Virus record (IMG/VR): IMGVR_UViG_3300021517_000001
Location: 1-51,321 of that record
DNA length: 51,321 bases
Direction: 5' to 3' (one strand)
DNA from: a virus
Taxonomy: Duplodnaviria > Caudoviricetes
Below the pieces are notes generated by a model that had not been told where the DNA came from, did not search any database, and saw only the letters and a program-made list of their open reading frames with translations. Position 1 is the first letter of the stretch; each line of letters begins with the position of its first letter. Below are positions 1 through 9,283 of this stretch, in pieces. The position numbers were made by a program, and so were the translations under genes.

Positions 1-127
1 AGGCTCGATAAGATAAAGAAAAACGCTTCATGGCAGGAACGCTTTCACAGCTTTGTCAAGCTCAGCATCTAAAGCAGCTTCCATGTCTGACACTGACTTC
101 TGAATAGAAACGCTCATCGGCTCCCAC
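1..127. repeat. Terminal direct repeat, copy 1 (identical to 51195-51321); indicates circular assembly
   Basis: Exact 127-bp identity between window start and end. The stop of ORF 28..465 overlaps the ATG of the capsid gene across the junction (ATGA overlap). Confidence 0.95.
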
Positions 128-465
128 ACGCCTCGATGCATGTACGCTTGACGCTCGCCGACAGGCAATGATTGATCGTCGTCTCCGATCACGTATGGTG
201 CGTAAGACAAGTACGCCCCAATGCGGGTCCGGATAAACGGGCTTTGCCTGTAAACGTTGCTTGTGATTTTGCGCCCGAGAGTCCCTGTCCGGATGTATTC
301 ACTTTTAGGACGCGCTGGCGGGTAGATGGCGACTTTGCTTTCGCCAATGACTCCGACAAGCTTAGCAATCCTTTCGATGACCGCTAAGAACTCCCGCTGG
401 GTCAATTTTCGGACAAGCCTGCGAAGCTTGCTCTCACTCGTCGGAGTTGTCAGAAATACCTTCAT
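28..465 (-). CDS. HK97 gp10-like virion morphogenesis protein
   Basis: Motifs YIRTGTLGRKI and YAPYV typical of the HK97-gp10-like family; lies between the head genes. Confidence 0.65.
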   Translation of the reverse strand: MKVFLTTPTSESKLRRLVRKLTQREFLAVIERIAKLVGVIGESKVAIYPPARPKSEYIRTGTLGRKITSNVYRQSPFIRTRIGAYLSYAPYVIGDDDQSLPVGERQAYMHRGVWEPMSVSIQKSVSDMEAALDAELDKAVKAFLP

Positions 466-712
466 TGACTGGTTCCTGTATATGTAGCCGCAAGCCCTCG
501 GCGATCATTGTATGCATCTGCTCGGGCGACAAAGTCTCAAGCTGGTGCTCGCACTCGGCGATCCAGTCCTGAACCTTCTCGGGGAAGTCTTCAATTCTAG
601 CACTGTCCACAAGCGCCGACCAATATGCCTGGATCTCGTGGTCGGGGGCTAAGACGTATTTAGGCGTCGCCGTGATAGCTGCGAGTCGGCGGCTATCTTG
701 GGGATTCAGCAT
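434..712 (-). CDS. Small acidic protein, candidate immunity protein for the upstream MuF-ART toxin
   Basis: 92 aa; overlaps the 3' end of the MuF-ART gene, the usual position of MuF-toxin immunity genes. Confidence 0.45.
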   Translation of the reverse strand: MLNPQDSRRLAAITATPKYVLAPDHEIQAYWSALVDSARIEDFPEKVQDWIAECEHQLETLSPEQMHTMIAEGLRLHIQEPVNEGISDNSDE

Positions 713-3700
713 TGTCGACCCCCCTCAGATAGTTTCCTGAATCGACCGCGACGGCTGTGCGATTCAAGATGATATACTCGTTGGTATAGTCGACTTTAAT
801 AGCGTCATAGCCCTCAGCCAGAGCTAAACGACCTAAATCTGAAATCACCTGAATTTCATTGGCCGCCCGCCGCTGCAATCCAGGATCGGCGCCCTGAGCG
901 CGGTATTGGATTTCAAGCACGCGCTGCCGATACAGGACCCGCAACTCGTTCAAGCTAATGACCCGTGCATTCGGATTAACGGCCATGCGGATAATAGCCC
1001 CTCCCGAGCCTGCGTAAGGAGTAACAGATCGAATCACATCATCTACGGTGCGCCCCCCTGAAACAGCTGCGACGTAAGTTCCGTTTCCGAAAGCCCCACG
1101 GCTGCCATAAACATCACCGGTCCGGTACTGCTCTGCGTGGTCTTCCGACGTGACGCCTCTGTAGACTTCCGTCCAACCCCGACCAGAAATCAAGGCGTCT
1201 AACTGTCCCCGGGTTACAACGGCTGGGGTTGAGCTGGCCTCAGGGTTCTCGTCGAACATTTGCCTCAGGATTGTATCTTCTCCCGTTACTGAAGGCAGGA
1301 CTACAGGTTGACGAGAAACCGAGTACTCCGACACTCCTCGGAGACTTGAGGGCCGATACGTTGCAGCAATCTGAGCGGCTAACTCTTCTACGTTGATTTC
1401 TTCAACCTCGGGCCGTTCAATCTCGATCGAGGTCTCGTCGTACCCTTGCTCTAGAGGTGTTTGGCCCTCTCCGGGTTTAACCTCTTCCCCGACCGAACTG
1501 ATGTCGGGGCGGCTAAAGCATCGGCATCGTGGGTGGGCTGGCTGATCCCGTCCATTCCATCCCTCGCCAATAATTCCCACAGAACCATCGCGAGGTTCGC
1601 AAACTGGGCATACCCGTTCATCGCGGACGGTAATCCAAATGGCGCGCTTCACGCCGACATCTAACCACCGCTGCTGGGCACCTTTGTTATACACTCTGGC
1701 GGATTCTGTCTGCGCGATTACCCGAGCGCGTTCAGGATTGTTGAAGATCGCGTTCAGGGATCTCTGCAGCTCTGTCAAGGGCTGGTCAGACTCAACCCAG
1801 GCCGAGACCGCCCGTTGAACTTGCTGCCGCGTGGTTGCATTTAATCCCCTGATCAGTTGGTAGGAATACTGCTGAGCAAAATCAAATGCTTCCTGCGACA
1901 TTTCGTCCCAGCCAGACTCCACTACCGTAGCTCGAATGATGCTTCGGTAGTCGGCGGGAATATTGTTAATCAACGCCTGATTTCCCGCAGCCATGCCTGC
2001 CAGCGTAAGCTGCAGTAGAGGCCCCGGAGCGTCCATGGTTCCGACCCACTCGGAGGCCAGCGCGTCTTCAGCCTGTTCTAAAATGTCTTCAATCTGGTCA
2101 GCGCTAAACCCGCCAGAAACTCGTCCTTCGGTCTTAGACCAGATGTACTGCATGTACCCGAACCAGTCGGTTCCTAGCTCGGCGCTGATTTGATCGTACC
2201 GGTCCCAGTACTGTGCGTACTCATCCGGCGTTGCGGCTTCTTCAGGGTTACTGAAATCGACGCCCCGAAGATACTTAAATGCGTTGTCGAACAATGCAGC
2301 CGAGGGAAGGTTGCTTCTCAGCCCCCAATCAAGAGCTCGTGCAACAGGAGTGTCCTGCAGAGTCACCGGAGAGAAAACGGCTTTGGGGCCCTTCCGGTCC
2401 ACCTTGGTTTTCCAATTACGTAGCTCTCGAACTTGAGCCCCCGATGCAGCTCGAGCAGTCCACGTATGAATCTCAACTCCGTCGTAGGCCAGAGTGTAAT
2501 CGTTCAGGGTGACCGGCCAGTCGAGTTCGATGAAGGGAGGCAGAGACAGCGTGTCTTCTAACGTAGTAAAGCCGAGAACCAGATACGCGTCTTCGTCTTG
2601 CTCAGAGATTCCGAAGTCTGCCATGCTCACGAAAATCGAGGCTCGCAAGACCCTGAAGAACTGGCTTGGGTGGAACCGGATAATCAGGGTCCCGTCAACT
2701 ATCTCGGCGTGCTTCATTCGCAGAGACACCCGGAAAGCCTCGTCTAGAGACAGCTCTCGAATTATTGAGCCGGCGTCAGCAGCAGAGATGCTGCCAGTGC
2801 TCGTAATGATTGGGACGTGCCAGTAAATGTCTTCAAGCCAATCGATGTCGACTATGTCTTGCTGCGCGAGCTCGGTGGCGATTGATCTTTTAGCATACTT
2901 AATGACCTGAGCACCCGGCAAGGGAGAGTAAATGGACAAAGCGCCGGAGGTGCGGGCTGATCTCAAAGGAGTGCCTGCTCCCAGTTGTGGGATCACGGGA
3001 AAGTGGGTTGTGCTGACATTGGCAGGGACTTCAGTCTCATCCTTGCCAGGATGCTCAGGCTTTGTAATAAGAGAGCGCGCAAGCTGGAAGGCCGGGAATC
3101 CTGGAGGTTGTGGGGACGGCATTGACCCGTGCTCGGCCAGCAGCGAAGCGAACTCGTTAATTTTGTCTACAGGCACTGGCGTGTTTGAAATGATAACGAC
3201 GTCTCCGTTTGCTCCGAAGAAAGGCTCCCATCCCTGAGCCTCACGTAATTCGTTGATTGTCATCGCTCCCCGGTCAAACATGGCCAGCAGAGGATCCGGA
3301 GGAGTCTGTAAATAAAAGCGCTCGCGAGGTTCTAAGCCAATCAGCTCGCGCGCTTCGTTGTAATCAGCCAGTCCCGGTGAAGCAAGCATCTGACTGGCGG
3401 ACGTGATTCTGTCAGCGGTCAGATTGCTCAGCGCCGGAACCTTCTTCAGGTCAGGGACAAGAGTATAAAGTTTTTTCTCAGTGAAGTCCCTCCACGCCCA
3501 CTGGGTGTTTAACTTGTCTAGGATGTAGTTAAGTCGCGGCAGCGTCACATCCTGAATGTGCGACCGCTTGATGCTTTCCCGGGTGCTATTCGCAGAGAGA
3601 GGATCGCTGACGTCTCCGGCGCCGATTAAAGCAGGGTTCACTTCAAACGTGACGCAAATATCTCGACGCACTTCGGCCTTTAGGTCGACCATCGCAAGGC

Positions 3701-4457
3701 CTTCAGGTACGTTTGTAATCGGCTGCCACACCCAGTCACCGGACGACACAAAAGTCTTGTGAGCGTTCGTCGCGCCCTTAAAGGCTTTCCAGTCTGCTCG
3801 AGCCTTGTCCAACGTAGCGTCATCAACCACGGTCTTGGCGATCAACATGCCGTCCGGGCGGGCACCGTTGAAAAAGAACGAAGACGCGAACCGGATAATG
3901 TTGGCCTCAGTCGCGACTGGAGAGATCGCAACTTCGAAAGGCGACTTGCCTGAGGCTTGTCGGTTAGGGTTCCATGCAGGAATGTGCACGAGCTGTTCAG
4001 GCTGGAGAATACTATACTGATATCGGTAGAATAAAATCTTCCCGGTATTGTAGTCATACTCGGGATCTACATCTTCGGGGTGCAGCCACTGCAGGCCGGT
4101 TAAGAACCCGTGATCGTTCGGAACCTTTTTAAAATACGCTGCGCCCCAAATGTTCATCGCAACTTCGGCGTGCCAGAGCAGCTCAGGAGAGTTTGAAATA
4201 AAGAAGTCCAGCGGATGCCAATCACCCGGCAAATCGCGATGCCGTGAGTTCTTCACAGAGATCGGAATCTGCGACAATGTGTTCGCCCGAAAGTTAATGC
4301 AAGCAAACGCAGTTGCCGACACGGAGTACAGCCGCGTAGCCTCATGATCGGAAATCTCCCCCGCGCCGTTAATTGCCTGGCGCCAAGAGGATTCAAGAGA
4401 CCGTTTATATTCTGAGGGGCTGTAGATCTCCTCACCGACGGTGTAAAAGATCGTCAT
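693..4457 (-). CDS. Portal protein (HK97-type) fused to degenerate 2H-phosphoesterase-like, MuF minor head and C-terminal ADP-ribosyltransferase-like domains
   Basis: Portal: FFFNGARPDGML, ICVTFEVNPALIG, TINELREAQGWEP. MuF: RARVIAQTES..WITVRDERVCPVC..AHPRCRC. ART-like: VYRGV..GNGTY..YA..GYDAI..NEYIILN. Likely start MTIFY at 4457. Confidence 0.85.
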   Translation of the reverse strand: MTIFYTVGEEIYSPSEYKRSLESSWRQAINGAGEISDHEATRLYSVSATAFACINFRANTLSQIPISVKNSRHRDLPGDWHPLDFFISNSPELLWHAEVAMNIWGAAYFKKVPNDHGFLTGLQWLHPEDVDPEYDYNTGKILFYRYQYSILQPEQLVHIPAWNPNRQASGKSPFEVAISPVATEANIIRFASSFFFNGARPDGMLIAKTVVDDATLDKARADWKAFKGATNAHKTFVSSGDWVWQPITNVPEGLAMVDLKAEVRRDICVTFEVNPALIGAGDVSDPLSANSTRESIKRSHIQDVTLPRLNYILDKLNTQWAWRDFTEKKLYTLVPDLKKVPALSNLTADRITSASQMLASPGLADYNEARELIGLEPRERFYLQTPPDPLLAMFDRGAMTINELREAQGWEPFFGANGDVVIISNTPVPVDKINEFASLLAEHGSMPSPQPPGFPAFQLARSLITKPEHPGKDETEVPANVSTTHFPVIPQLGAGTPLRSARTSGALSIYSPLPGAQVIKYAKRSIATELAQQDIVDIDWLEDIYWHVPIITSTGSISAADAGSIIRELSLDEAFRVSLRMKHAEIVDGTLIIRFHPSQFFRVLRASIFVSMADFGISEQDEDAYLVLGFTTLEDTLSLPPFIELDWPVTLNDYTLAYDGVEIHTWTARAASGAQVRELRNWKTKVDRKGPKAVFSPVTLQDTPVARALDWGLRSNLPSAALFDNAFKYLRGVDFSNPEEAATPDEYAQYWDRYDQISAELGTDWFGYMQYIWSKTEGRVSGGFSADQIEDILEQAEDALASEWVGTMDAPGPLLQLTLAGMAAGNQALINNIPADYRSIIRATVVESGWDEMSQEAFDFAQQYSYQLIRGLNATTRQQVQRAVSAWVESDQPLTELQRSLNAIFNNPERARVIAQTESARVYNKGAQQRWLDVGVKRAIWITVRDERVCPVCEPRDGSVGIIGEGWNGRDQPAHPRCRCFSRPDISSVGEEVKPGEGQTPLEQGYDETSIEIERPEVEEINVEELAAQIAATYRPSSLRGVSEYSVSRQPVVLPSVTGEDTILRQMFDENPEASSTPAVVTRGQLDALISGRGWTEVYRGVTSEDHAEQYRTGDVYGSRGAFGNGTYVAAVSGGRTVDDVIRSVTPYAGSGGAIIRMAVNPNARVISLNELRVLYRQRVLEIQYRAQGADPGLQRRAANEIQVISDLGRLALAEGYDAIKVDYTNEYIILNRTAVAVDSGNYLRGVDNAESPR

Positions 4458-6136
4458 CACCACACCTCCGTAGAGGGGGTTGCTCCGAGTACCAGCGTGT
4501 GACACAAAGCAAGCACAAAGCTGTACGCAAGATCGTCATGATCTCCCGAGGGAGCCGAGAGCGAGCTGCCTTCAATTGCTGCGATCTGAGACATCGTTGC
4601 CTGCGTGTGAATTTTACACATACGGTCCCTGAAGACATCGGCTGCGAGTGACCATGCGAGGGGTTTGGTGGCTGAATTCGTTAGCCACCCCGGTTTGCCG
4701 TCCCTGCCGGGCAAAAGACGTGCAAAGATAGATTGCTCCAAGACCAGGATTACCGCATGGCCATGATTGTTCCTTTCCACCATGACCTGAGCGTTATTGA
4801 AATAGTCGCTGAGGGTCGCGAGATATTGTGCAAAAGCTGAAGGTTGAAACTTCCCTCTGAGAGATGCCACTTCCTCGAGGGTATCTTTTCGAAGCACGGT
4901 CGCCGCGCTGTCATCGCTGGTAGGATTGCCTTCGGCGGGGTCGGCTCCGATGATGTACTTCACTCCCGGCTCGGGCAGGAAGTACACTCTTAGGCTTGGA
5001 ATAGTCGGCAGCATGTAATCAGCTCCCGGCTCTTGCACAATCTTGCCCAAGCGCTCGTAACAAGCATCGATCCACTCGGCCGGAATGCGCTTATCCGCTG
5101 ACTTAGCAGACAAGGCCTGCTCCGGGGTTTCTGGATACATCTCGTGCAGCTCGTCGAGCGCCCCTGTGCGCGCTTTAATCGATTCGGCCAACTCACGGTA
5201 CCAGGCTTCAGTCCTTAAGGGGTGTGCGTGCCAGGGAATGAACACGGTCGCAAATTTGTGCTTGCCTTCTTTGGCGGCCTCGGCCTCGGCCTTGTAAAGC
5301 ATCTTGAACCCGCTGTTCGGCTTGCGCTTGTCCGGTCGGCCGAGAATTACTAGTCGACCTCCCATTTCAATTGTGGGGCGGACCGACACCAATAGCTTAT
5401 CAAAGTCGGCAATAAAATCTGCCTCATCGATGATTGCGTATGTCGCTGTGTAAGTATCACCGCCCGTGGTCGGAAACGCCCGCACAGTCGATTCATTAGA
5501 CAACGTGAACTGATGCGTGTTGCTCTCGATGATTTTCTTGGCTTGCAGCCATCGGGGCAGACGCCAATACATTCCCTTCAACCGGTCATCCAGCAAGTGT
5601 ACTGCTTCGTCGTCACGTCGACTAAAGATAAGTACCTGAGCGATCGGGCGGAAAAGAATCTCGTGAATCGCGTCTGCGATTACTAGCCAGGAGAACCCGA
5701 CCTGCCTTGCTTTCAGTCCGAGGCACAGCTGATTGCGGTCGAGAACGTCAAGCACCTCGGCTTGTGTGGGCCAAAGACGGAAAGGAATCCAATCACGTCG
5801 AACGGAATCTTGAATCTTGCAGTAGGTCTGAACGAAGTAGTTTTTGCTAAGGCCGCAAACAAAGACCTCCTGAGAATAAGCATCCCAGGAGTCGAATTGT
5901 TCGAATAGAGTGTCCTGATCGAACCCGTACCGGTATGTCGCTTCTAGCAACACCTGGTCATGCGTCGGGATCGGGGAGAGCTCCGTCTTCGTTTGCGCGC
6001 TTACCACGTTCAACATCTCCCAGCTTGCGGAACAGTCCCGCAAATGCATCCACGGCGCTTTCGATCTGCCCCTGATCGCCTTCCTTAACCACCTCCACCG
6101 CGGAGCGGCCGTATTCCCTCGGGTGGCGTCTTTCAA
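4457..6136 (-). CDS. terL: Terminase large subunit
   Basis: Walker A LKARQVGFS, Walker B AIIDEADF, nuclease motifs IGADPAEG and HDDL. True start probably near 6013. Confidence 0.93.
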   Translation of the reverse strand: MKDATRGNTAAPRWRWLRKAIRGRSKAPWMHLRDCSASWEMLNVVSAQTKTELSPIPTHDQVLLEATYRYGFDQDTLFEQFDSWDAYSQEVFVCGLSKNYFVQTYCKIQDSVRRDWIPFRLWPTQAEVLDVLDRNQLCLGLKARQVGFSWLVIADAIHEILFRPIAQVLIFSRRDDEAVHLLDDRLKGMYWRLPRWLQAKKIIESNTHQFTLSNESTVRAFPTTGGDTYTATYAIIDEADFIADFDKLLVSVRPTIEMGGRLVILGRPDKRKPNSGFKMLYKAEAEAAKEGKHKFATVFIPWHAHPLRTEAWYRELAESIKARTGALDELHEMYPETPEQALSAKSADKRIPAEWIDACYERLGKIVQEPGADYMLPTIPSLRVYFLPEPGVKYIIGADPAEGNPTSDDSAATVLRKDTLEEVASLRGKFQPSAFAQYLATLSDYFNNAQVMVERNNHGHAVILVLEQSIFARLLPGRDGKPGWLTNSATKPLAWSLAADVFRDRMCKIHTQATMSQIAAIEGSSLSAPSGDHDDLAYSFVLALCHTLVLGATPSTEVW

Positions 6137-6431
6137 GCAGCCATGCGGCTGCTCGCCAGTCTTCAGGAGCAGACGCAGAGATCATATCAAGCCACTCAGA
6201 TGCAGCGTGCCACTCAGCCTCCCGATAGTTCAGGACGAACTGCGCGAGCTGCGAATCGGTTTCGCCGTTCTCAAGTTCTTCCTCCCCCCACGCCAGCCAA
6301 TTGAAAAGGGTCTGTCTTGAAACCCTCCCGGCGTAGGCTGCGATGTTTGGGGTAGCACCTCTGCGAACGGCTTCGAGGATGGCTTCAACGTTTGATGTGT
6401 TGAACGTCCCTAGCCTCGGAGTTCTAGCCAT
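5958..6431 (-). CDS. terS: Terminase small subunit
   Basis: HTH (AAYAGRVSRQTLFNW) and DWRAAAWLLERRHPREYG motif; upstream of terL; GGAGG SD before ATG at 6431. Confidence 0.8.
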   Translation of the reverse strand: MARTPRLGTFNTSNVEAILEAVRRGATPNIAAYAGRVSRQTLFNWLAWGEEELENGETDSQLAQFVLNYREAEWHAASEWLDMISASAPEDWRAAAWLLERRHPREYGRSAVEVVKEGDQGQIESAVDAFAGLFRKLGDVERGKRANEDGALPDPDA

Positions 6432-6535
6432 AACAGCCTCCATTACTTTCCTTACAAGTATACGCTTGAGTTCGAAATAAATCAACACGTCCCAGTTACT
6501 CCTCGAAATTTTCTCTAGAGGGGCTCTTAAAATTG

Positions 6536-6657
6536 TGTGTATTTGTGGGTATTTGTGAAAGCATATGTTTTGATATTTTTTATAAATAAAAGAAGGCAAG
6601 TATTTATAAAATTATACAAAACCCCGCGATCCACAATTCCCCACAATTCCCCAGTGT
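6536..6657. repeat. Palindromic AT-rich element A with inverted 10-bp iteron-like arms (putative origin)
   Basis: Left arm GTATTTGTGGGTATTTGTG, core TTTTTTATAAAT...ATTTATAAAA, right arm CCACAATTCCCCACAATTCCCC; collinear with 12599-12720. Confidence 0.6.
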
Positions 6658-6681
6658 TTCATGCGCTGAAACCCTGAGAGA

Positions 6682-6710
6682 TTGAATTCCAGGATTTCCT
6701 GGATTAAAAT
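6682..6710 (+). promoter_or_regulatory. Sigma70-like promoter with palindromic operator in the spacer
   Basis: TTGAAT-17bp-TAAAAT; the spacer contains TCCAGGA-TT-TCCTGGA. Confidence 0.55.
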
Positions 6711-6746
6711 AATTGTATGGATTGGCCAGATCGAAGGAGGTATTCT

Positions 6747-7202
6747 ATGAACTCTGGCGTGTATGTATGGGCCCTGAAAGATCCGAGGCTCCCGGCTGGA
6801 GCTAACATCGTTTACGTCGGTTCAGGGCAAAAACCTTGGGAATCGGTCAAGAGGCATCTAGAGCGGTCGTCTAACCCGCTGCTGCTCAAGTGGGTCGAAG
6901 ACCTGCACACCGACTTTCCCGAGGGGATCGAGATCCTCGGCCAGGTGGTGGCAGATCGCTGGCACGGCGATCCCGTGGAAATTCCTCCCGCGCGTGAAGG
7001 CATCACCCGCGTCGAGTGGGCGATTCTTGACTACGAGGACCCTGTCGAATCCAGTGATCCAAACGCCATCCCGGTGCCTCTCGGCTCTCGCAAGGCCTAC
7101 TGGATTAAACGATTTCGCGATGAGGGCCACCCGCTGCTGAACCGTGACGTTGGACGCCCTCGTGTTCAAGCTCGCCGCCCGGTCAGTATCTTCTCGCTGT
7201 GA
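6747..7202 (+). CDS. GIY-YIG-like (LEM-3-like) nuclease-fold protein, possibly catalytically divergent
   Basis: GVYVWALKDPR...IVYVG N-terminus and WIKRF...PLLN C-terminus; AGGAGG SD before ATG 6747. Confidence 0.6.
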   Translation: MNSGVYVWALKDPRLPAGANIVYVGSGQKPWESVKRHLERSSNPLLLKWVEDLHTDFPEGIEILGQVVADRWHGDPVEIPPAREGITRVEWAILDYEDPVESSDPNAIPVPLGSRKAYWIKRFRDEGHPLLNRDVGRPRVQARRPVSIFSL

Positions 7203-7211
7203 GAAGAACAC

Positions 7212-7241
7212 AAAAAGAGCCGAGGACATTCCCCGGCTCTT
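7212..7241. terminator. Hairpin terminator between convergent genes
   Basis: AAAAAGAGCCG...CGGCTCTT. Confidence 0.6.
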
Positions 7242-7254
7242 GCCCTTCCCTCGA

Positions 7255-7476
7255 TTAGCGCTGCGCGCGCCTCGGCGCCGCCCACACGTGCAGCTCGTAA
7301 TGCACAACCAACCCGACGATCAGCTCCCGGTCTTTGCCCAGCAACAGCTCGACCTCCTCGTGCGTGTAGTCATCTGCGCACAGTGCGAACAGCCTCGTCA
7401 CAAGCGACCCGTTATCCAGTTTGCGCACTTCGGCCAGCAGCGAGTCCATCCGGCGAATCCCTTCGATCTCAGACAT
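7255..7476 (-). CDS. Hypothetical protein
   Basis: ORF with AAGGAG SD and upstream TATAAT promoter motif. Confidence 0.6.
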   Translation of the reverse strand: MSEIEGIRRMDSLLAEVRKLDNGSLVTRLFALCADDYTHEEVELLLGKDRELIVGLVVHYELHVWAAPRRAQR

Positions 7477-7579
7477 GATGTTATGCTCCTTATGCAACCC
7501 TTACTCTATCTTTATTATATATCGAAGGGTTGCCATAAGAGGCGTAAGGTTTTTGTTTCTCACCAAAGGCTCACCAAAC

Positions 7580-7607
7580 AAAAAGACCCACCCGCGTGGG
7601 TCTTTTC
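7580..7607. terminator. Intrinsic terminator (bidirectional-type)
   Basis: AAAAGACCCAC-ccgc-GTGGGTCTTTT. Confidence 0.75.
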
Positions 7608-7619
7608 TCGGCTCTGGAA

Positions 7620-8378
7620 CTATCTTGTTAAATCGTCCCGGAGTAGCAGCAGCTCGTTGATCATGTCGTCAAGTCTGCTTCGCCAATTGTCCAGGAGGAT
7701 GTTTATCTCAACAGGCCAATCATGGAGCTTGACTCCCTTGTACCACACCTGGATGTGAAGGCCTTCCCCAGGAACCGGCTCTGGTTGCGGCTCAGGTACA
7801 GGATCCGGGCTTGGCATCGGTGATTCTGCAAGCGTCAGAAGCGGCGTCCCGAAATCGCTAGCCACTGGCACAATGTCAATCAGCAAGACATCAACCCTTC
7901 CCTCGATCTGAGCGTTCGCAGTTTCGAAGTAGAAGCCCAATTCGATTGTGACTGGCGTGTTCACTTGGATCACCGCGATGTGTTCTGTCCCTGGCGCGTT
8001 GCTTTCCGACCACTTCGGAAACGTCCCGCTTGCTGCGTTGTATCGAGATCCCCGATGCACGACCTCGAAGCTCCCGTAGAACTGGTTGCGCACTCCGACG
8101 TTTGGATTTGTTTGGCGGTTGAACGACGCCTTCAAAACATACCTCCCCGGAGAGGGGATCTTGACGTCAGTCTGCTTGTACCCGTATCTCCCTGCGCGCC
8201 AGCTTACTTCCACCCGACTGCCCGACGGATTTAAGTTGAACACCTCCGGCTGCGGGCCTGTAGTCATCGTCTCGACAAAATCCCAGTGAGGCGGTATGGC
8301 CTGAGGCCTGGGAGGGTCAAGATCGTACCCCTGGTGATAAGCAACGCCTGCGAGGATCGGGTTTGAAACGAAAGGCAT
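7620..8378 (-). CDS. Hypothetical protein: beta-rich (CBM-like) domain, Pro/Glu linker and short C-terminal domain
   Basis: 252 aa; GGAGG SD; PSPDPVPEPQPEPVP linker. Confidence 0.6.
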   Translation of the reverse strand: MPFVSNPILAGVAYHQGYDLDPPRPQAIPPHWDFVETMTTGPQPEVFNLNPSGSRVEVSWRAGRYGYKQTDVKIPSPGRYVLKASFNRQTNPNVGVRNQFYGSFEVVHRGSRYNAASGTFPKWSESNAPGTEHIAVIQVNTPVTIELGFYFETANAQIEGRVDVLLIDIVPVASDFGTPLLTLAESPMPSPDPVPEPQPEPVPGEGLHIQVWYKGVKLHDWPVEINILLDNWRSRLDDMINELLLLRDDLTR

Positions 8379-8390
8379 AGATTCCTCCCA

Positions 8391-8427
8391 AATAAAAAAA
8401 AAAAGGGGGGGTCATACCGACCCCCTT
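8391..8427 (-). terminator. Intrinsic terminator
   Basis: On - strand: AAGGGGGTC-ggtat-GACCCCC followed by a long U tract. Confidence 0.8.
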
Positions 8428-8446
8428 ATCAACCGCACGATGATTG

Positions 8447-9283
8447 TCAGCCAGCGACCAGATGATCGGACAGCAGCTTCCCGAGCGTCACTGGGGTGCT
8501 CTGAGCGTCCTGCAGAGCTTCGCGCGCTTCCGTCAGAGCAGTCCCGTACTCGCCCGCAACCGCCGATTCCTGCCCGCTCTCGACAGGCTGTTCAGCATCA
8601 GCCTCCCCGAGCTCGACCAGACGTCCCAGAGCTGCGTGCAAACGATCCAGGCGAGCGGTCAGCGTGTTGAGTGTCGGCGCGGTTTCGCTAGCCTGCCTGG
8701 TTGAGGCTAGGGCCTCCGCGGCGCTTTCGGCCGAGCGGCTGAAACGCAGCCCCTGGCGAGGCTTGCTGGGGTCAGCTTCGTTGAGCGATTTCTCCAGAGT
8801 GGTCAGGCGCTTGAAGACGTTACGGTAGATCTGAGCCGAGGCCAGGGCCTGACGAAGCTCTTCGACTTCTGGCGACAGCGGTTCCCCGTTGTACACCCGG
8901 CGCGTCAGCCAGTGCAGGCAGTCGCTCGGAGACTCGAAGGTGTACTGCCTCCCCGCGACGCTGAGCAGGCTCACATTGAACCCTTCCGGGCTGAGAATGC
9001 TCGAGGTCGTCGAGAACCCCACCATGCGCACAAGGCGTACCTTCGGCACGATCGAGTCAGCTGACTGCGCACCCTGCGCTTCGGCCGCATCGGCCGCATC
9101 GACCTGCTTGACCTGCTTGACCTTGCGGCCCTTCTTGGCCTTCGGCTTCGCTTCGGCCGTATCTTCTTCGATGACGACGGCGGCATGTTCCCCGCCCGTG
9201 TCGGCCTCGCGGATAGCCTGCTCAGCCATTTCCTCAGACAGATCCAGGTCTTCGTCTCTACTGAAATCCAGAATGTCAGACAT
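8447..9283 (-). CDS. Hypothetical protein (acidic N-terminus, Lys-rich patch, coiled coils)
   Basis: 278-aa ORF with GGAGG SD. Confidence 0.7.
   Translation of the reverse strand: MSDILDFSRDEDLDLSEEMAEQAIREADTGGEHAAVVIEEDTAEAKPKAKKGRKVKQVKQVDAADAAEAQGAQSADSIVPKVRLVRMVGFSTTSSILSPEGFNVSLLSVAGRQYTFESPSDCLHWLTRRVYNGEPLSPEVEELRQALASAQIYRNVFKRLTTLEKSLNEADPSKPRQGLRFSRSAESAAEALASTRQASETAPTLNTLTARLDRLHAALGRLVELGEADAEQPVESGQESAVAGEYGTALTEAREALQDAQSTPVTLGKLLSDHLVAG

Noticed and set aside
6432-6599. N-terminal extension of TerS in the ORF track
   Set aside because: Runs through AT-rich element A; a strong SD supports the start at 6431
6536-6657. CRISPR array or mini-array
   Set aside because: Repeats are 10-bp tandem or inverted units without unique spacers; no repeat-spacer arrays or cas genes seen anywhere
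7144-7758. 204-aa + strand ORF and the many other antisense ORFs in the track
   Set aside because: They cross terminators or promoters or overlap better-supported genes; expected by chance at this GC content
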